Made by a program: the position numbers and the translations under genes. 64,000 nt of DNA, taken from contig JAYWIR010000032.1 of NCBI GenBank assembly GCA_036172245.1, forward strand, positions 744,001 through 808,000, written 5' to 3'. This stretch comes from Raillietiella orientalis (taxonomy: Eukaryota). Below the pieces are notes generated by a model. That model saw nothing but the letters and a program-made list of their open reading frames with translations. It was not told where the DNA came from and did not search any database. Positions 51,530 through 64,000 of the stretch are shown one piece after another. The number at the start of each line of letters is the position of its first letter. Position 1 is the stretch's first letter.

Positions 51530-52960
51530 GACTCATTGGGTACCGTCGGCGGTAGCACCAGAGTGTTTATTATGAAATAAACATACAGGTGTAGAGCCAT
51601 CGGCCCTACATTGTTCGAAAATATTTGGAACCTGCCGAGTAACCGGCAGGCAGGAAGGCGAGGTTCGCCTCGGCAGCGGAGGGGAGAGGGACAAAAAAGA
51701 ATAAAAATCGATATTTAATAAAAAACACTCTGGGGGGCACGGAAAGGGATCACTGTCCGCTGAAGGGCGTCCTCTGCATCCTTTCCAGGATACCTGCAAT
51801 CTCGATCCGAGTATGTCCCAGGTAGGGTCATCTTGCTGCCGTCCTCATGAAGCGCTGGGCGAAGCAGATGCGTGTTGTCTATCGTACCGTCCTCTCGAGT
51901 AGCTCCGGGACGCCGCAATCCCGCTTACGCGGCAGCAAAGAGCTGCTGGGGATGCAGGGCGTCGAGCACGAAAGGGCTCTTCATCTCGTCCCTGGGACTG
52001 CTCGTCGGTGCACCAAGGGCCGTTGCGTAGTGCAGCACAGGGACCGGAGGGCAACGCAGTCTAGGAGAGATGCGAGAGCCGGGATTCCCGTTTCCTGCAC
52101 CTGCAATGGTTGGGGTCCACATCTCCCCGGGTCCAGTGAGACGGACGTGCGTAGCACGGGAGACCTTAGTGCAGCAGCAGAAGTGCCTCCTCCTGTCACT
52201 TCAGGGGGAGGGCTCGGCTGTTCTTCAGCGTTCACTCGAGGTCTTCATGTGGTATTTCCAGCAGTTCACCCCAGCGCAATAGTCCCTTCGGTGGTGCACT
52301 TGGGGTCGCAGCGTCCGTGGGCTGGCCCGTGATCCAACCGCCTAATTCCTTCGTCCGATGACCTATTTGGCAAATGGCCTATTTGGCGAACCAGGTGTTC
52401 CCTGAAGGAGGGTAGTGCAGAGGCTAGGGAGGTTCTTTGCACCCACGCACACATGGTGGGCTGTACAATGATGTCCTGCAGCGAGCAGTTGTTGTAGGAG
52501 GAGTGCAGCAGTCGCTGCCGCATCTCCGGGCTCGCTTCGTTGTTCTTGGCCTACGTGAGAACGGTTTCATGCAACCAGGCACTACTGTTCGTGGGACGAT
52601 AGAAGATTCAGTTGTTGACCCTGGTCAGCATGACCACCCGCCGGAGCTCCATTCCGCAGTGGGACACGTTGCTTCAGCGTTGCCGCGCCAGGAACGAAGA
52701 CAGTACCGCGTAGTTGGTGGGTCGCTTGACCACGTGTCGTGCAGGCTCTCACCAGTTGGTGCTCCAATGCTCTGCCACCAGGGCAAGCGTCCTCCACTGG
52801 AGCTGCCACTCCAGGCGCTCCAGTGCCAGGAGGCCGAGGCCTCCTTCGCGACGCTGAGTGCACAAGTCCTTCAGGCGGACTCGGGATCTCCCCTTGCTTC
52901 ACAGGGCGATTGTCAGGTGGTCCTCCTTCTGCCTGTTTGTACTACTCGTTTCGGAAAGTC
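51530..52960 (-). mobile_element. L1/Tx1-like LINE 3' fragment
   Basis: RVRLKDLCTQRREGGLGLL (L1-clade GGLGL motif), QRLLHSSYNNCSLQ, TDAATP..PPKGLLRWGELL, LLLLH; AATAAA near 51565. Confidence 0.7.
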
Positions 52961-54299
52961 TCAGAATCTTGGGTTCCTGAGAGAACGGTCTCCACTGGTC
53001 TGGAGGAACCGAGAAAAAATCTGGAGTGGAGGCCGCCGAAACGTTCGCACGCTTCCCGTCGGAGACGCGAGGGGGTGTGCATGAACGTGCGGCAGGGAAT
53101 CAATCGGCCGAGCCCTTCATCGGCCCTCGTTTCGTGATTCCCGGAATGGCTCAGACCAGCTTCCTCTGCCAAAGGGAGAAAATTGCGCTCTTTCGTGTAC
53201 TTCTGTGATGGCCACTCGGAACTGCCACGAAGAACATGCTTTCCACGACCCTCTTGACTTCCGCAGTTGTAATTCCCCAGATTTTTTTTTTTTTCTCATT
53301 TCTGTTCGTTTCGACATCAGAAACACTTTGCAGCCCTTTTTTACCGGCATGTTCCACGCCCTCTGTGAGGAAAAGTTGCTGGAAGAGCATCTGCAGCTTT
53401 GCATCCAGTCAGAGTACCAGAAGATTTCTTTTCTTTTTTTTTTTCTGATATCATAAAGCACATGCCACGGACTTTCCCGCACGACCGCTCTCGTCCCTTT
53501 GACGAGCGGTGCTCAAATGCCAGGTGAAACAGTTTGGCATTCAGGTTAGGCGGAACCACTCTAGAAAAGGATCTCTAGGATGCTTTCACACTTGCTGCCA
53601 CTACCAGATCTCCGTTTTGCGAATCGCATCGTGTTCTGCGCGTTACGCATGAGCTCTACACGCACCGTGCGCATCCAGAAGCCTGAGGCAGCTGCCCCAC
53701 ATGGAGCTTGCACACTACCGCCGCGCACGAGTCAACCGGGAGCTCTTCATCCAGGGGGATAAAGCGGAACGGAACACAGTGTCAGCGACACTCGTACCCT
53801 CTCCCTCCACGCAGCGAGAGCGCCCTCTCGCGGAAACACGGGATGCTCGCCTCGACATCACTTTCGCCTCGCGCTGCTCCGCACGCAAGCCACAAGGATG
53901 AGCGGGTGTTCAGCTCCCCGCGAGCAGACGAGGCTTCTGAGGAGAAGACGGAGAAGCGTCGTCCAAGCAACAAGAGACCGAGGATTCCGCCTGGAAGCAG
54001 AAGAAAAGAGCTCTCTAGAGATCCCTGACAGCACCCTCATTCGATTTCTTTCGTTAAACACCCTAATTGAGGCAAACAGGGGATAAAAAAGATGCCGAGT
54101 ATCGATCAAATTGGCTTGAGAGACCAAAGAGAATGTCTGTTGTGACTACAGGGATGCCACTGCCACCCGATGCAACTGCTGATAAGCGCAATTACGAGAT
54201 CGCATTTGAGATCTTGGATTGCATGATTACGCCATGGTGTCACATAAGATATCGAGATCCAGCGGCAGTTTCTTGGCACCGACAATCACGCGTCAGCGT

Positions 54300-55851
54300 C
54301 ATCTCGGGGCAAAGCGTCGTGGAGATGGTCCATGATTTCCACCATGTGGCAAGCCGGCTGGAAGGACGGTGCTGCACTCATGGTTCCGACGCGTGCACCT
54401 CTGAGCCCAAAATTTTGCACTCGATACGTGTGCTCCTTCCATGCTGGAGTTTGCTGAGAACTATCCTCTTTTCCACCTCTTCGGCAGAAGCTATCTGGGA
54501 TTCCCTAAGCGCCTACACAGATGCTCTTCGCTTTCCGGATCAGTGCTCGCTCCAAAGCCGGGACTCCCCCGTCGGCAAAGAGGAGAGAGAGTTCCAGGAA
54601 TCTGCTCCCCTTCCAGCTCCACTACCACCGAGTGCGATCAGGACGCTGGAATGAACGTAATGACTCGACTCTTGTTTAGGAGCGGCTGGACTCTTGAATC
54701 AAGCCCTGCTATCGGGCAGCTGGGTGCTTTTTCATGGTTTGGGCTGAGCAGGCGGTGGCGTCTCCCGGTGGCGAAGGTGGAATCCGCGAACGCTCGACGC
54801 CGGCGTCCAAGCGGTCGCACATGGGCGAGACGGCGAGCTGCTTCTGGAGACCTGGAGGAAAACGGATGGAGATCTCCCTGCAGGAAGAACTCGGCCATGA
54901 TTTTATCCACTCTCTGGGAGCAGAGGTGAGGTGGTTTAGCCGGATTGCATAGGTGGGCACGGTGGATCGTGCTCATGAGCATCTGGATGTGACCGTCTCT
55001 TTCTAAGTAGGCTATCCTCTCGTTCTCCTTGAGAGGAAATCTCTCTTCCATTGTCTCTTGCATCTCTTGTAAGAGACAGTTCCGCACAGAGATTCTCACA
55101 ATAATCATGTATCAAGTTTCTTTGTCCGCCTTGTTGACTCGGGACTGGAGTCAACTAGAACCGAAGGATACCTGGAGCGGACTCACTGTTGAGACCGGAT
55201 CTCGCCTTTGAGAGATATGGAAAGTGATACATAGTGGACGTCACTTGCCCATTCGGAGGCAAGGAAAACGCGTTCACTAAAGCACGGAGAAAAAAGGAAA
55301 AAAAATATTGAAATCTAATTCACAGCATTAACCAGACCAGCAGAACAGCTATCATGCAGGTCTTCATCGTGAGAGCTTTAGGATCGTGGGATCCCAGGAA
55401 CGATGTCGTGCCGAGGCTACTGGGAATTAAAGAAAACAACGAAAGAAAGTTAGGAAAACTGTCTGTTTCCTGCTGCATCAGGGCGAGCAGGGACATCTAC
55501 TGGATGCACAGACTGGGGCATCCACCCACCGATGCAAGAGACCCCGTCCATTACATGATGAAAGAGGGACAACCCAAAGACCAGTCCACTATCGACTAAA
55601 CGGCAGCTCATCGATCATATGGGAAAAGCCGAAAGAGCAGGCAGAGCCAGCGAGAATGATTCTGCGGATGTGAAAAGAATTAATTTAATAAACAAAATGA
55701 CAAAGACGAAGCACATGGAGGACGAAGTCGCCTAACACGGCTGCTTTTCTTTCACTGATTGGAATGCTGTCGTACGCTTGTAGTAGAAGGTCCATCCGTT
55801 ATGGATTGGAATTCTGTTCAGCCTCTTGAAACCAGCTTCATATTAAATAAA
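54300..55851 (+). mobile_element. Decayed Utopia/NeSL-like non-LTR retrotransposon (RT C-terminus, restriction-like endonuclease, 3' UTR)
   Basis: One frame 55168-55599 reads LRPDLAFERYGK*YIVDVTCPFGGKENAFTKARRKKEKKY*...VFIVRALGSWDPRND...IRASRDIYWMH. This is the RPD / D-x-x-x-PF / KxxKY / GALGxW RLE signature with two stops. Upstream YLG-x-P and LAP remnants; AATAAA at 55846. The 5' boundary is uncertain. Confidence 0.8.
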
Positions 55852-56699
55852 ACCTCATTAGGTGCTGCTTAAGGGGAGAAGCTCACAGGCGTTGAGCCAC
55901 AGCGGGATACTGGTAACTCTGCCCGCCGGTGGTTCTTGAATGCGGAAGGTTGCAGCAGCGATGGAAGCGCACGCAAAGGCGCTCCGAAGCCCCGATGCTG
56001 CTGTTTCTAGAAATGTTCCTCTTTTCCAGCATCACCGGTTGCCTTCTCGCTGGAGAGCAGTCGCAGTCTCCCAAGTGGACGGAGAGCGACGGTGTCATCC
56101 ATGCGAAGTAACTCTTTTCATTGGTTTGAAAATTCCTATGAGGATGAGCTCTTAGCTATTTTAATTAACGAGGCAGTTCGTTCGATCAAATATGCAGTCT
56201 TTTTCTTTTCTTTTTCTTCCCGAGACGATGGAAAGAGCATAAGAAAAATCGTTCCACATGGCTGAAGAATCTTCAGATACGAATTCATCTTGAAAAAGAT
56301 CGCGCAATGGAATCTCTCGTGTAAACAACCTAAGCAGCCATCTTCTAGTTGTACGGAAATCTTCGATGGCTCCTTTCCTTTCTGTGAGAAACCCACACCC
56401 CATACACACCCCAATGCCGGCTCCTTGTTCCGAGGCGGGAAGTCTCATACATATGATCATTGGCTTCGATATGATGGCAGCTGTGCGCTGAAGATTTTCC
56501 TTACGGAATGTGCCGTGCTAATGGTTCACGCTTCCAGAATCCTTTTGCCTTGCTTCTTCCGTCTGTAATGGGGACAGAGATGTCAGCGAATTGCTTTTCC
56601 TCGTCATGGGCTCAAAAGCTTCGTTGACGTCACTTTGTGGAAAGGTTCGCATCGCAGACCGCAGCTGTTTTCTCCCTGCCAACTTTGCAGGTTGCGAAA

Positions 56700-59600
56700 A
56701 ATCCAAACAAACAGAGATGCTCATCAACTTTCGAGGGATGGCTCGCAGGTTGTTTACCTGGTACCTCGTACTACAGCTTCTCTACAAGCAGCTTCTTCAA
56801 CCCTTTTCCCTCAAGAAGACGACGTTCTTCGAAATTTCGGTCACCAGGCAATCGTGCTGGTGCGGAAAAAAAAACAGGAACGGTACTTGTGCTCTCCTTT
56901 GAAAATAATTGGTGTGTTCCCTGCTTGTGTTCTAAAGTCGAGGACGAACATTGTGGAGAGCACGTGTTGGTGGGCATGATGGGGTGCACGGTCGCTTCTT
57001 TCGCTTTTTTTTTGTCTCCCAAAGGATTCTCTGAAGGAAGCCACTTACACCGTTACGCTTTCGAAGACGCCAACTTGCGCCCTCTTGTAATACCAGAGGA
57101 TTATGACCTTCCACTTCATTTTGATTTCATCGGAAATCTTCGGGGAACGGCATTTTTGATCTTTGTGTTGCAACTTGGCTTCCTACTGCAATCAGGCAGT
57201 CACGGAGAAAAACAACGAGCCACGAGCGAGGGTTGCACTGGAACTCCCATGACTAATAGACTTTGCCGAAGGCCGAAGTCGGTGTCATCGGCTTCCCGGT
57301 TACTTCAACTTCTCCGGGTTGCTCTTCATTCATAGATTCTCAGCACTGGTTTTGTTTAAGCTTTGCTGATTTGGATTCTGGTTGTTATCTCCATCTGAGA
57401 CCAAATAGTGTTGCTGAGCTGGGCACATGGAATCCTTCTGTGGTGTTGGTTTGTGGAGTTTACTCAATCAGTTTGTTGGCTCGTGAAGTTCACCTGTTCG
57501 AAAGACTTCCATGGTGATTTTTTTTCCCTATTCTTTTTTTTGAGAAGATGGCCGTTTTCAGATGTTACAAAGGCGTCTGGCGAGCCTTGCTGGCCTGCTT
57601 GGGCCTCACAGAGAGGCAATTTCTTATTTGCACCTCTGTGAGCAAAGTCACACAAGCTTTGGGTTTCTTGCCTCCCTATCTCGAGGATCCTTTCTCGGGA
57701 AAAGTGTTGCCCGAGGAGGCTGAAAGCGACTTCTTCTCAGAGACGACCGTTGGATGGGAATCCGCAAAAGGACTTCTCATTTACGATCCTCAGCAGCATC
57801 CCTGATTCATGAAACAGAAGGTTCTCTTCCACCATGTCGTCGGAACGTTCGATAATGAAACATCATTAAGGATGGCTTCCACGCAGAGGGTATTTTGAAG
57901 CATCACGAGATCCCCTCTGATCGGTGAACAAGGAGTGCATGCCGCTTCTATTCACCATCACTCTGAAAATCTCGCGCATCTCGGCTGCTTTTCGCTGAAG
58001 CTGCGCTTTCTGAATCTTGCAGGAGGGCTGGGTCGAAATTTCGTTTCAGGAATTGGTTGGGTCTCGTAAATAGCATAGTTCCTTCCTTCCCATAGAAAAG
58101 TGAAATCTAACTGGGCATTTTGCTGGCTTCATCTTGCTAAATAGGAAGCGATTACTGAAATTATTTCATTGACGTCCTCTTGTTGTAACTGTCCCCCCAC
58201 AATCCTGTGAGCTGAGAGTGCCCTGCGAATTCAGGCGATTCTCGTCCACAGCTGGACCGGTGTGAGAGAATGGAAGAAGCGGAATGCCCGAAATTCTTCA
58301 CATCAGAATTCCTGTTGACGAGAACACGGATAACCAAAGGGTTCGCTACCTGAAGATGCTTGCTTCAGGAAACCACGGACAACGCTGGAGTTATACAGTG
58401 GGAGATCACATGTGAATGAGAATTATTCCGACTCCGCGGCGGAAATCCCTCATTTAGTCAAATCATATATGAGTCGCTTGGCAATGGTCGCCAACCCACA
58501 ATCCCGAATTCCTGTGCTCCATTTTGACATGCGCGCCCAAATTTCAAATGCATCCGAATAAGCAGTGCCTCAGGAACAGGTCAAGGCGGAAACCGTCGTC
58601 ACCTCCCGATGGCATACACACATGCCTAAATAAAAAGTGCAGCTAGTTGTTTCATCTCTCCCAAGAGCCATGGAAACAAGATGGAGCCAATCGGAAGCAT
58701 GTGCCCAGGCAGAAAAGATGATGTTTTGCCCAGGTACGATTGCTCCAAGCAGAAGAATGTTGGGATGGAGAGGTCTGCTGCCGTGCTGCTATTAAGTGCA
58801 TCGTTTACGGGTTTGGTCATCAGCAGCCTACTCAAAGCCCCAGAAGTTGCAGTTTTAGTAACAAATAAACTCATTGTACGTAAACACAGCAAGGACTTCT
58901 GGCGCTGAAGGAACGAGGCTGAAACTTCCTGCAGTCTTCGTCGGCCTACCAGTCCTCAGTTACGACACCGGGAATGGTTTGTGGTGCAGATCAACCTCAA
59001 AGTGCGGTACGAAAGCACGGCAAGAGAACATGTTTGTCTCAAAGTCTGTTGCGTGCAACCGCCTTAACTCAAGTTCTCCGAAGCTACAAGTGCTTTTTCC
59101 CTTTTTCCTAAGATGAAAGATTTCCTCAGTGAACATCGGAGGAATATTAGCGACTGCCCGTATTAAAGAAATTCCTCAGCCTTGCCGGTTTTCCAGGATA
59201 TCTAGCGCGTGTCGAAAAATGTCTTCCTCAAGTGAGTACACCGTGGTGCATCATGATGATTTTAAATCCCGAATGGAGAAAGAAGTCTGAAAAACTGAAT
59301 GGGAATTCCACAGATGGCTTGCAGCCGAAGATATCCTCGTCTATATAGCTCACCTGCGGAATCCAGAGTGTGAAAAATCCCGTCGCTTTCCCAGAGAACA
59401 TCTTGCAAAGCGTATCTGTTGGGCTCTTCTGAAACTCAAGGAACTCCACCCATAAAATATGCACTGGTGTAGGACTAGGACCACAGATGGGAGGATGCGT
59501 GAGCAGGGGTTCTCTCAGCTGTGTGTAGACCGGCTTCATTATGGAGTCAGCAACCGGAGAGTCAGTTATGGTCCAAGTTGTTTGAGGAGGAGTCTTCAAA

Positions 59601-59850
59601 TCCATGGGCAGGGGTAGAATTTCATTTGTGGAACACGTGAGGACACGGGGTCGGATTTTCGCTATCAAATTCCATCTCTTCAAAAACGTAGTAAGCACCC
59701 CGAGCTTAATGGGGACTTGTACGATGCCAAATGGGGCCCGAGCGTGTAGTCTGGTAGTCGGTAGCAAGTGGTAACCATGAAGCGTTGCTGTCTTCGGCCA
59801 TCTTTCCATAGTTAGTCTTTAATTCGTGCATGCCTTTTCCTTATTCGACT
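56700..59850 (-). mobile_element. Zisupton/KDZ (HMGXB3-like) transposase relic
   Basis: Ordered remnants: C..CG, FSC....P...DLHHKPF, FW, PTF...YLG.T, KSP, DR..HH.H, TQA / QLFS. Confidence 0.45.
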
Positions 59851-60899
59851 TTATTTTTATTTTTTTTATCTTCTCACGAATGAGGCCGCACTGTTCACTC
59901 AGAGATGAGCGAAAACAAAAATTGTGCGATGGTGATGAAAACGTGATTTTGCCTTTCTGGGCTGCATCTGCACGGCCGTTCAGAATTTCGGGATGCAGCC
60001 GCGTCGGACAGCGGTAACGAACAGCGCCTGTGGAGCGGTCGAGGAATTTTTCCTTTCGGTCTGCTTTCGATCGAACGGGTCGGGCGTTTCCTTTTCGCCT
60101 TTCCTGTTGCGTGGCGACTCTCGGCATGAGAGAACCCACTTGTTCAGCATCGTTTCGAGACGGCTCGCTTCTTTGGATGGACCGTCAAGCTGCAGTGCAA
60201 ACAGACGGCCTTCTGGGGCAAACTTTTGTTCTCCGCATCTCGGTGCCCGAGTTCGTCTTCCGCCAGGGCACATTTCATCATTGCTGGCTTTCTATCCCCA
60301 TGTGATACATCAAAGGGAAAAGTGACCTACATGTATCTGAAATCACGATCTTTCCTTGTAAAAACTAAGCTCATCAAGAAGTCATGAAGATTTATTTTCA
60401 TGATCGCTGCCTAAGAAACTTTTACTGTTCGTCCGTATTCCTCTTCAGGTTTCGTGGTTGTATAAAAAGAAACCCTCGCTCGCTCTTGAAAGGATGATAA
60501 GAAATTTTTCATTTATTGCCTCTGGCGATGCGAACTCTGTTAAACGGAATTATCTTAATTAGTAGTTTTGGTTTTGGTATTATTTTCAGCGTGGACGTCA
60601 TTTATGGTTAATCCCACGGAGTCAGCCTCCTAAATAGTGTAGCGTACGTGTAGCTCGTTTCATCGTACGGTATCGATTGTTCGAGATTGCTTCGAGTGTG
60701 TTGCATGGTTCTTCCTAAAAAAGATCAGAGTTAGTGAAACATGAATCTCATTATCTGCTGCCGTATCTTTCAAGACATGATAAAATTTGACACGGCTTCG
60801 TTCCTCTTTCTGGAAAGTAGAACGGCCTTCACAAGCGTTTCATCCTCAGCATCAGGTTGCATTCAGTGTATACCATCTTAATTACGCGCTCACAATTTC

Positions 60900-61500
60900 T
60901 TCTTCTCTCTTGAGAGAATCATGCAAAATTGCCTGGCAACCCCATTACGCTGAATCTCCCGTGTGATTCTCCTCCGTGAACGATCTAAAGTTTGGATGCC
61001 CAACCCAGCTCACTAGAGAGGAAGAGTACGGACGAGCCGTCGCAGTCCAGGAACGGGAGATTCGAATGGATGGAAGCCTTATGGAGCCAACCTTCCTGCC
61101 CCTGGTAGAAGGTGCTCGCCAGTGAGTGTGGCGCCAGCAGCGCGCGTCTCGTGAAGAGCAACCTAACCGTGGAACCCCCATCGCGCGCGTGGCCAAACTT
61201 GCCCAAGGGAGCTTCCGGGCGGAATCACACCAGGACCCGGAGCCAGGCTTCCGTGGAACGCAGGCCTCCCCGATGAGTTTAGCAGGCACCACCAGCTCGA
61301 GCCATCGCTGATTCGTAATTATGCGAGCGGCGGCAATTAGATATGCTGCAAAGCAGTTGCTTTTATTACGAGCCGAAGCACTAAAGCGTTTCTCCCGCCG
61401 GCCTCTCCGCCGTCGCATTTTACACGAGTTAATTCTTCCACCGACCTGACAAAGAAAATGTTCTCCTTCTCGGATTGACGGGAAAGCGTTCCCATGTGCG
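60900..61500 (-). mobile_element. Ty3/gypsy integrase relic
   Basis: LVVP..L followed by FHGSLAPGPGV (H...GHxG-like). Confidence 0.35.
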
Positions 61501-62979
61501 GTTTCCAAGAGTTTCGCAACCTCCTGCCTCTTTGCAAACACGAAACTTTTGATTCAGTCGTTTGACCCAGAACTGCCTTTTATTGGCGTCGTTCAGCGTG
61601 AGCTGCGGGCCGCGATAATGAAGAATTCGCTAATTTTCCCGGTCGCCCTGATGGAAAAAAAATAAAACAAATCTGTTCAGTGGGACAGTAGTGGTCCTGC
61701 CAGTGTCACGCGGGTTGCTCGGAAACATCGAATCTTCTCTGGGAAACACGCCCGACCCCTACGTGCTGTCCTCTGCCGTTCTCTGACTCACAGAATCTCC
61801 CCTGCGTGGAAGGCGGCTCTCGAGTTCGTCGGAATGCACATTTGTATTCCGGACATTTCGTTGAGCATCTCTGCTCCCTTTGAACATGGTCTGGGTGGGT
61901 GGACCCAGAAGTCATTTTGCCGTGTTGCAAGCACGCTTGCGATCTGTCAAGAAACACCAGGAAGCTTGCATGCGGACCATTTATTTTTTTTTTTTTTTCC
62001 TTCCCAGATATTCTTCCCTCCGTTTTCTTCACTCAATTGTACTGGAGTCTGCGGGCAGCGGATTCTCATCCTAAGAGATGATGCAACTGACAGATGGGTT
62101 TTTGTGAGCATATGAAAAGGAAAATGAAGAAACTGTGTTTGCGTAAGACCAGAGGTCAATAAATCTGGGAAACGTACATTCTTCGGTATACTGACACCAG
62201 AAATCATAAAACTGTCCCAATACCGCAGACTCTCCGAGAAAGGAAGTTGACGGACATGTGCTGATGTAACGCGGGTGAGGCGAAGAATTTCCGAGGGAAC
62301 AAGTCCTGATAGAAAAGGGTCATCGAAATGAAATTCCAATCCCTGGAGCGATATCTGAAGACGGAAGTTTCTACCACTTTGCTGCCGATTAGCCGAAATT
62401 CCTATCACTGATGGCCACATCTGCTCATCTTTCAGCGTTATCTTTCCCACTCGCAAATACGCCGCCTTAGCTCAGAGAAGAGCTGATGGTGAGTCACTTT
62501 TTTTCTTGTTATGTCGCATTTGTTACTCTCAATAGATGACAGCTGAGAAGGAATATTGACGATGAGAGCGTTTTTTTTTTTTTTTCTTCCTTGCTTGCTT
62601 CCATTCGTTTGCAAGTTTTTGTCTTTTTCTCGTGAGCGCTGCTTTCGAGATGCTTTTCCTTGATGTTTTGCAGAACTTGATGACGTTCAGGTTGGTTCAT
62701 CCATCCGACCTCTGGCTGCAACGGAAAAGCAGGAGACATCGAATCGGCTCTACGATACAGGAAGATTTCCGTAGGACAGCAGACCAACCGCACGCCACCC
62801 ACTTCCAGAAGCAGTTGTGGGCAGTTTGAAACAAAGCCGTTTATGAGAACAGCAGCGGTCCTGTTTTTTTTTTTTTTTTTTTGCCTCGGGAATGTTCCAA
62901 TCGATGCCTGGAGTTTCGAGGTGCACTTCCTTCAACCCCTCACCCATGTCGATTCCCCGTTTCTGCCACCTTACAGTGT

Positions 62980-64000
62980 ACGCAGTTCGTTCGTGCAGCA
63001 GCTCCGTGACCGCCGCAACGGACGGAATCGATATTCGGAAAAGATGCAGACACACGCATGCGCATCCTGTGTTCCGCTTCGGCGAGAGTTTCCTTTGGGA
63101 GAGCTGAAGTGCATCCGGAGGAGGAGGAGGATCTTGCATGCTCGGAAAGAGGATTGTACCGCGGACGAGGTCTCAAGTTCGGAAGGGATAGAAATTCGTT
63201 ACAAACAATCTGGAAGCAAGTCTCCATCTCTCATCACATCGCCCTCACGAGCTTGGGATGCTGCGTGAGCGAGACACCCTCCAGGATGTCTTACTTGATC
63301 AAGGAAAATAAAACCGCAGCCCATTAGCCAAATGATCACAACAAAGCTGGAGCAAAGAGCTGGAGGCGCAGCTGAAAACTGAGATGCTGATGTTCAGCAT
63401 CAGCAGATGAGACTGGATGTACGTCGTCCACCATGGGATTGTGGGTAGATGACCCAAATGGCAAAGATTAGGGGCTTAACTTCCATGTACGCACGCACAC
63501 TCCAAACGCGGATGCAATGGAGTCGACGGAGCAAGAAGACGGAGTTAGGCATTTCTGAAAGAGTGGATAGTCAGAATCCACGAATGGCGAAGTGGTTTCA
63601 CGGGCTGTACACTGGGCACTCAGAGCTGGATGGGCGCCTCAGTGGAACACCAAGCTTTCACGAGAAGCTGCTGGCGGAAATTATGGCGCAAAAGAGCATC
63701 GCGCTTTCGAACGCAGCCCAAGATGAAATCAAACAGTTGCTTCTTGACCTCGGTTTCGATGAATTTTTGATCATTAATAAACCTGTAGGATGCGTAGGAC
63801 GCTAGGTTCCATCCAGTCGTCCCCACTAGAGGGCAAATGCTGTGCAACCAGTCAGCTGGTCGGCGAAGTCCGCTTTGAGAAGGTTGAAAAGGGAAAGATA
63901 AGTGGATAGGATAAATCCATTTAAAAAACTGCTATTCAGTTGTTCCTTGGGGATAACACCCTATCCAGTTTCACAGTTGGTTCTCATCCCGTCGTTCTCG
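62980..64000 (+). mobile_element. hAT (ZMYM1/DUF4371-like) transposase relic
   Basis: YS....HACASC (TTF-like), RNSLQTI...IAL and LSNAAQDEI (YxSxxIQNE-like). Confidence 0.35.

Noticed and set aside
55805..55825. attctgttca as a U2 snRNA target remnant
   Set aside because: Too short, and the flanks do not match U2.
1..64000. CRISPR array, operon or prokaryotic defence system
   Set aside because: No regularly spaced repeats and low coding density; the one clear gene is spliced and metazoan.

Overview
Animal (arthropod-type) genomic DNA, not prokaryotic. The only intact protein-coding gene I can support is a minus-strand knirps-family (NR0A) nuclear receptor closest to eagle/egon. It has two coding exons (25638-25561 and 18825-18043), encodes 286 aa, and has a C4 zinc-finger DBD, a kni-box and CtBP-type PxDLS motifs but no ligand-binding domain. 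It sits in a GC/CpG-rich region (~22-33 kb) with GAGA, (CG)n and long purine/pyrimidine tracts. The flanks are full of decayed transposons: about ten fragments of an L1/Tx1-like LINE lineage, a Utopia/NeSL-like RLE retrotransposon, several Ty3/gypsy fragments, and weaker P-element/THAP, Harbinger, hAT and KDZ/Zisupton-like relics. Non-coding highlights are a 5S rRNA-derived segment fused to a tRNA-like SINE, a recurring structured RNA motif upstream of LINE ORF1 relics, and a perfect 17-bp hairpin bordering a very AT-rich island. All TE calls come from manual motif recognition across frameshifts and have approximate boundaries. Nearly all other ORFs in the track look spurious.
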